In this document: piece by piece, positions 59,578 to 64,000 of the stretch
Layout of the letters: each line of letters begins with the position of its first letter
Position numbering within the stretch: the first letter of the stretch is position 1
Assembly: GCA_018676855.1 (NCBI GenBank)
Contig: JABHDY010000003.1
Location: forward strand, 445,907-509,906
Source: Candidatus Woesearchaeota archaeon
Lineage (GTDB): Archaea; Nanobdellota; Nanobdellia; Woesearchaeales; GW2011-AR9
DNA length: 64,000 nt
Direction: 5' to 3'
Notes under the pieces: model-generated
What the model saw: the letters and a program-made list of their open reading frames with translations, nothing else
The model's database searches: none
Told to the model about the DNA's origin: nothing
Program-made: the position numbers and the translations under genes

Positions 59578-60315
59578 ATGGCCAATATTAAAGAATTAAT
59601 TAAAAGGATACAAGATTTTTACCGTTTTAGTTGGCAAGAAATTTCTGGGTTACTTATTGCTGTAATTTTTACAGCGTTCATATTTTCATTTCGTGACTGG
59701 GGTGGCGAATTATTTGATATTGTTATTGGATTAAAAAATTTTGTCATCGTCATTTTTGTTGCAGCAATATCGTTCACGTTTCGTATCTCGTGCCAGAAAA
59801 TATATGCGTTAAGTCAGGGATATAAAGCAGAATTTAAAGTATGGTGGGTAGGTCTTATCATAGCACTTGTTCTTGCATTTATCAGTTTTGGAAGAGTTCC
59901 ACTTGTACTTATAGGTGGTGTTGTTACCGCATTCATGGTAAAACAACGTCTTGGAGAATTTCGATACGGTTTTTCTTACCTTCAAAATGGATTTACTTCA
60001 TTATGGGGAATCTTAGGCAATATGATTCTGGCTATTGGTTTTGCGCTAGGATTATATTATGTTCCACAAAGTTACTTTTTTTCTAAAGGACTTATGCTTA
60101 ACGTTATTATGGGCTTTTGTGCATTACTTCCACTTCCACAATTGGATGGACTTAACATATATTTCGGTTCAAGGATAATGTATTATATCGCTATAGTGAC
60201 AGTATTACTCGCAAGCGTTTTATTATTAACACGAACAAAATGGGGACTTATTATCGCTATTGTTATTGGTTCTATAGCCGGAATAATTTATATTTCAATC
60301 GGCTCAGAAAAATAA
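59578..60315 (+). CDS. M50 (site-2 protease)-like membrane protein lacking HExxH
   Basis: LLPLPQLDG motif; RISCQKIYALSQGYKAEF at the HExxH position; many TM helices. Confidence 0.7.
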   Translation: MANIKELIKRIQDFYRFSWQEISGLLIAVIFTAFIFSFRDWGGELFDIVIGLKNFVIVIFVAAISFTFRISCQKIYALSQGYKAEFKVWWVGLIIALVLAFISFGRVPLVLIGGVVTAFMVKQRLGEFRYGFSYLQNGFTSLWGILGNMILAIGFALGLYYVPQSYFFSKGLMLNVIMGFCALLPLPQLDGLNIYFGSRIMYYIAIVTVLLASVLLLTRTKWGLIIAIVIGSIAGIIYISIGSEK

Positions 60316-60349
60316 TAATATTTAAATAAGCATATAGATATTCAACACA

Positions 60350-60697
60350 ATGGCAAATCTTAAATTGGATGAACAGTGGGCAGAAGCATTTTCACTACTT
60401 TTCCTTGCAGTAGGATTCATAATAGCTATCCTTCTTCAAAGTCCTTTTTTAAGTTATCTTTCAGTCTTCTTTGCAGGGTTTGTTGCAGGAAGAGTATATT
60501 ATTTAAAAAAATCAAAAGAACCAATTCTTCCATTTGTACTTCTCATTGTTGGATTTTTGTTTGGATACCTTCTAGGAAGTTTTTGGGCAAGTCGTTTTGT
60601 TACACTTCTATTCTTCGCTGTAGGGTTTGGAATTTCGTACTACCTTCATTTGAAACAAATTTTAGTAATCTTTAAAAGTGAGGACTTTATTAAGTAA
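60350..60697 (+). CDS. Hypothetical membrane protein (about 4 TM)
   Basis: Hydrophobic 115-aa ORF; TTTAAATA box upstream. Confidence 0.75.
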   Translation: MANLKLDEQWAEAFSLLFLAVGFIIAILLQSPFLSYLSVFFAGFVAGRVYYLKKSKEPILPFVLLIVGFLFGYLLGSFWASRFVTLLFFAVGFGISYYLHLKQILVIFKSEDFIK

Positions 60698-60702
60698 TAC
60701 AA

Positions 60703-61002
60703 ATGAAAACGTACAATGTTAAAAGTATAACTCTCAGTAGAAAACCTGGAAAAGATAAAGAGGGGTTCTGGACAGCATTTATAGGACTCTTCAACGAAAA
60801 CAATCCTCATCTAAAAGCAAAAGTGCCGTTCGAAGTTCTTAACATTCCTGACGTAGAAAAAGTACGAATTCATGAATTACGAAACATTTCATATTATTTA
60901 ATGGGAAATGATATCATTATTAATAATTTAGAAGAGTTGACAATTGAAAAAAAAGACAATATTTTGATATTGCAGGGAAAACAGGACCTTCCAGAAGAAT
61001 AA
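60703..61002 (+). CDS. Hypothetical protein
   Basis: 99-aa ORF 5 bp after the previous gene; beta-rich pattern. Confidence 0.7.
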   Translation: MKTYNVKSITLSRKPGKDKEGFWTAFIGLFNENNPHLKAKVPFEVLNIPDVEKVRIHELRNISYYLMGNDIIINNLEELTIEKKDNILILQGKQDLPEE

Positions 61003-61009
61003 AATATTT

Positions 61010-62116
61010 CTATTGAATAATTTTTGTTACGAGTTTCTTTGCTTTTACTCTTTTCTGTTGATGTTGCTGTAAGAACGATGTAACTTTATCTATACAAATT
61101 TGTTTCAGTTCTCCAGATAACAATTTACCAGATTTATAGTTTTTGTAAATCTTTTCTAGTTTTTTGTCATCAGGTTCTAAACCGTATAATAACATTTGGA
61201 AAGAAACGTCAACGTCAGGATTACCACCTTTCTTTCTATGTTCTTCAAGAGTAGCTTTTCCACCCGAAAAAGCATATTTTTTAATTTTTCGCGTTGCCTC
61301 TTCTGGCGTATCAGTTAATGCAATGTACGAATTTATATCTGAGGACGACATTTTACCTCCCTTTAAACCAGGCATGAATTTATGGTACGTTGAACTTAAC
61401 TGTGTAAATTTAAATTCTTTTATTCGTTTTGAAATGTCGCGTGCAATTCGTATATGCGGATCTTGATCTGCTCCAACAGGTATGATAACAGGAATGGGTT
61501 TTCCTTCAAATTCTTTCAGTTGAGGATGTAACATGTCTGCTGCTTGTAATAATGACGATGCCATTTTTCCTGGAGTAATATCTCCGTACACAGCTTTAAA
61601 TTCGTTAAATGTTGCATGTCGTGCAAGCATGTTTGCTAAGCTATAATACGCGTTTGATTTTAATCCATCATTTGATCTTTGTGATTGAAAATAAAAGTCA
61701 CATTTCTTCAAATCTAAACCTAAAGCAACATAATTGGTAAGATATTCTTCAATAGCAGTTTTTCGCAATTCTTTCATGTCTGGATTTCGCGAATTGTATG
61801 CTTCAATGTCCGCAATGGCAATGTAAATCTTTGCACCCAGTTTCTGGTAAAATATTATTTGATCCGCAACCATCTTATGACCAAAATGAAATTTTCCTGA
61901 CGGCATAAGTCCAGTCATCATAACGAACGGTTTCTTTTTTTCAATAGCGTCAATAACTTGTTTAAAATCTCTATGTGCAAATACAATTTCTCTTCTAAAA
62001 AGCACATTGTCTTGAAATTGTGTTGGTAAGTGATGTAACGGCTTCAAACCGAAATCTTTGATTAGTTTATCATAATCAATCGTTCCTTTCACTTCCCATG
62101 GCGTTACTTTTGTCAT
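61010..62116 (-). CDS. trpS: Tryptophanyl-tRNA synthetase
   Basis: VTPWEV, TGLMPSGKFHFGH, VGADQDPH, KMSSS, YAFSGG. Confidence 0.97.
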   Translation of the reverse strand: MTKVTPWEVKGTIDYDKLIKDFGLKPLHHLPTQFQDNVLFRREIVFAHRDFKQVIDAIEKKKPFVMMTGLMPSGKFHFGHKMVADQIIFYQKLGAKIYIAIADIEAYNSRNPDMKELRKTAIEEYLTNYVALGLDLKKCDFYFQSQRSNDGLKSNAYYSLANMLARHATFNEFKAVYGDITPGKMASSLLQAADMLHPQLKEFEGKPIPVIIPVGADQDPHIRIARDISKRIKEFKFTQLSSTYHKFMPGLKGGKMSSSDINSYIALTDTPEEATRKIKKYAFSGGKATLEEHRKKGGNPDVDVSFQMLLYGLEPDDKKLEKIYKNYKSGKLLSGELKQICIDKVTSFLQQHQQKRVKAKKLVTKIIQ

Positions 62117-62219
62117 AATGGAAGAAGAACGTATCCCTTTATTAATATTTTTGTGTTATTATAACGTTTCAATAACTTCTAACAACTTATCGATGGCTTC
62201 AGAAACTTTATCAACATCA

Positions 62220-63047
62220 TTACTTAGAATGCCTGCAACATAATCGTTTGCCTCGCCCATAAGAAAAGAAGCTTTTTTTTGATTCGCCAAATATTTTTTT
62301 CTTTTTCTTAGATATTTTCCCTATTCTTTTTGATAATATCGTATACACTTTATTCATAACACTCTTAAGGTTTTCACAATCTTCTCCATTGTATGCTATT
62401 AACAACTCTAAATACTCTCTATCGCCAGATGCGTGGAACGCTTTCCATAAATCAACGGGATTTCCATACAAATTCTGTGGCCTTTTCAAATTCAATTTCT
62501 TTTCAATTTCCTTTAACCCACCTTTTAATCCAAGATTAACACAAAGAGGTTTCAAGTCAATATGCGGAACTTTAATGTTAATTTTCAATTCTTTTTGTAT
62601 TTTAGGAATATCAAACGAATGACCATTATACGTTACAATTAATTTATATTTCTGTAATTCATTCTCAATATTTGTACTTTCTAAATTGACTCCTTTCACA
62701 AAAAAGTTACTGTTATAATAATTTGAAATGCCTATTAATACAATTTTTCCGTAACTATCAACCTCTATATCTACATAACCTACTTCTTCACGGAAATAAT
62801 CATATAATCGCCACATTTCTTTTTTTGGAAGTTTGTGTATAAAATGTGATGGGTTCTCTTCACGTAATGCGTGTTGTGCTTCTCGCAATTTTCTATTATA
62901 ATATTGTTTCTTTTGTTGAGATATACCATTTACACTCTTAACATTTAAAAAATCGTGCCAATCAGCAATTCCCTGTTTCCATATACTTTGTTCTTTAGTA
63001 GAACCAACTTTTTCTAAGAAAATGAACGATTTTTTGATCATATTCAT
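62220..63047 (-). CDS. RNase H-like (YprB/RNase_H_2) exonuclease
   Basis: VDIE, VTYNGHSFDIP, HIDL, GGLKEIEKKL, YNGEDCENL; the last ~35 aa look like read-through. Confidence 0.85.
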   Translation of the reverse strand: MNMIKKSFIFLEKVGSTKEQSIWKQGIADWHDFLNVKSVNGISQQKKQYYNRKLREAQHALREENPSHFIHKLPKKEMWRLYDYFREEVGYVDIEVDSYGKIVLIGISNYYNSNFFVKGVNLESTNIENELQKYKLIVTYNGHSFDIPKIQKELKINIKVPHIDLKPLCVNLGLKGGLKEIEKKLNLKRPQNLYGNPVDLWKAFHASGDREYLELLIAYNGEDCENLKSVMNKVYTILSKRIGKISKKKKKIFGESKKSFFSYGRGKRLCCRHSK

Positions 63048-63103
63048 TTTGGATTTTACTACTATTTAAATTATATTTTGTCACTATTTGATGGCGAGAA
63101 ATG

Positions 63104-63111
63104 TTTATAAA
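63104..63111 (+). promoter_or_regulatory. TATA box (with purine-rich BRE-like upstream) for the tandem-hairpin RNA
   Basis: cgagaaatg-TTTATAAA, ending about 22 nt before the first hairpin stem at 63134. Confidence 0.55.
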
Positions 63112-63133
63112 CAATATCTGTTTCTACAAAATC

Positions 63134-63340
63134 TCATTGCTTGAGGGAGAATTGATTTTCGCTTTCGTGCTTTGGTCTTCGGATCTTTGTATGTTTGTGT
63201 TGATTGACTTCGGACTTGAGTAGTGAATTAATTCCTGCTGTTGAGGGGAGAATTGATTTTCGCCTTCGTGCTTTGGTCTTCGGATCTTTGTATGTTTGTG
63301 TTGATTAGCTTCGGACTTTAACAGCAGGAGTTGTTTTTCT
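63134..63340 (+). ncRNA. Putative structured ncRNA: two tandem rod hairpins sharing a 69-nt core
   Basis: Cores 63146-63214 and 63247-63315 are identical at 66/69 nt with a 101-nt period. They have different, fully pairing closing stems and C(UUCG)G loops. G-U pairs indicate the + strand. A U-tract follows. Confidence 0.7.
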
Positions 63341-63434
63341 TTCAATCATTTTTTAACACGTTTTTTTAATAAATTTTATATACTCCTTTCATTCCTATAT
63401 TTTATAGTAAGTTTATGTGGGGGTTTTGAGAAAA

Positions 63435-64000
63435 ATGGTCAATTGGTTAATGTTCGGATTATTTAATCCATTAATAGTACTAATTATACTTGTACTTATT
63501 TCGAGTCTTAAAGTTGTGAAACAATATGAACGCGGTGTACGGTTTACACTTGGAAAATATGCGGGGATGATCAATCCAGGTTTACGGTTAGTCATTCCAG
63601 TAATTCAAACGTGGGAACGTGTTGACCTACGTGTTAAGGCTGTTGACGTACCTGATCAAGATTGTATAACTAAAGATAACGTGTCTGTTCGTGTAAATGC
63701 GGTCCTATACTTTAAAGTTGCAGATGCATCTAAAGCTATTATTGAAGTAGAAAATTTCTTCTATGCAACTTCACAGCTATCACAGACAACCATGCGTGAT
63801 GTTGTTGGTGAAGTTACACTTGACGGTTTGCTTAGAGAACGAGATAACATTTCAAAACGTATTCAACAAATTGTTGATAAAGCAACAGATCCGTGGGGAA
63901 TAAAAGTAGATTCAGTTGATCTTAAACATGTTGAACTGCCAGATAACATGAAACGGACAATGGCAAAGGAAGCTGAGTCCGAGCGAGAGAAACGTGCAGT
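63435..64000 (+). CDS. SPFH/band-7 (stomatin/slipin) family protein, partial
   Basis: Hand translation MVNWLMFG...VVKQYERGVRFTLGKY...PGL...VDLRV...ITKDNVSVRVNAV...QTTMRDVVG...DPWGIKV; runs off the right edge. Confidence 0.93.
   Translation, partial: MVNWLMFGLFNPLIVLIILVLISSLKVVKQYERGVRFTLGKYAGMINPGLRLVIPVIQTWERVDLRVKAVDVPDQDCITKDNVSVRVNAVLYFKVADASKAIIEVENFFYATSQLSQTTMRDVVGEVTLDGLLRERDNISKRIQQIVDKATDPWGIKVDSVDLKHVELPDNMKRTMAKEAESEREKRA

Noticed and set aside
63141-63318. CRISPR array or DGR template/variable repeat
   Set aside because: Only two ~70-nt copies; the intervening sequence forms the closing stems; no cas or reverse transcriptase gene in the window; neither copy lies in a credible gene
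63124-63345. 73-aa - strand ORF across the tandem repeat
   Set aside because: The repeat period is 101 nt, so the two copies are read in different frames; G-U pairing and UUCG loops favour a + strand RNA

Overview
Core-genome window from an AT-rich DPANN archaeon, most consistent with Woesearchaeales (archaeal TBP/TFE/MCM/Cdc6/PolD/PCNA, bacterial-type GyrA, large Cys-rich surface proteins). Bases 1-14.2 kb hold an array of large secreted or membrane-anchored surface-protein genes, with two overlooked ASCH-like gene remnants between them. Bases 14.2-47.8 kb are housekeeping genes around a likely replication origin (22.0-22.7 kb: three ORB-like boxes plus an AT-rich unwinding element, directly upstream of cdc6-DP1-DP2). 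Both tRNA genes (Pro-TGG, Leu-CAA) carry non-canonical D-loop introns with BHB-type motifs. The most unusual element is at 63.13-63.34 kb. It looks like a stand-alone ~200-nt non-coding RNA gene (own TATA box, U-tract end) made of two tandem rod hairpins. They share a 69-nt core (UUCG cap, U/U internal loops, BHB-like junction) but have different closing stems. Other leads are an operon of three paralogous helical-hairpin proteins (51.0-52.2 kb), three apparently catalytically dead enzymes (ThiI-, Trm14- and M50-like) and a membrane-anchored wHTH regulator next to a CARDB surface protein. All calls come from motif recognition and hand folding; no searches were run.
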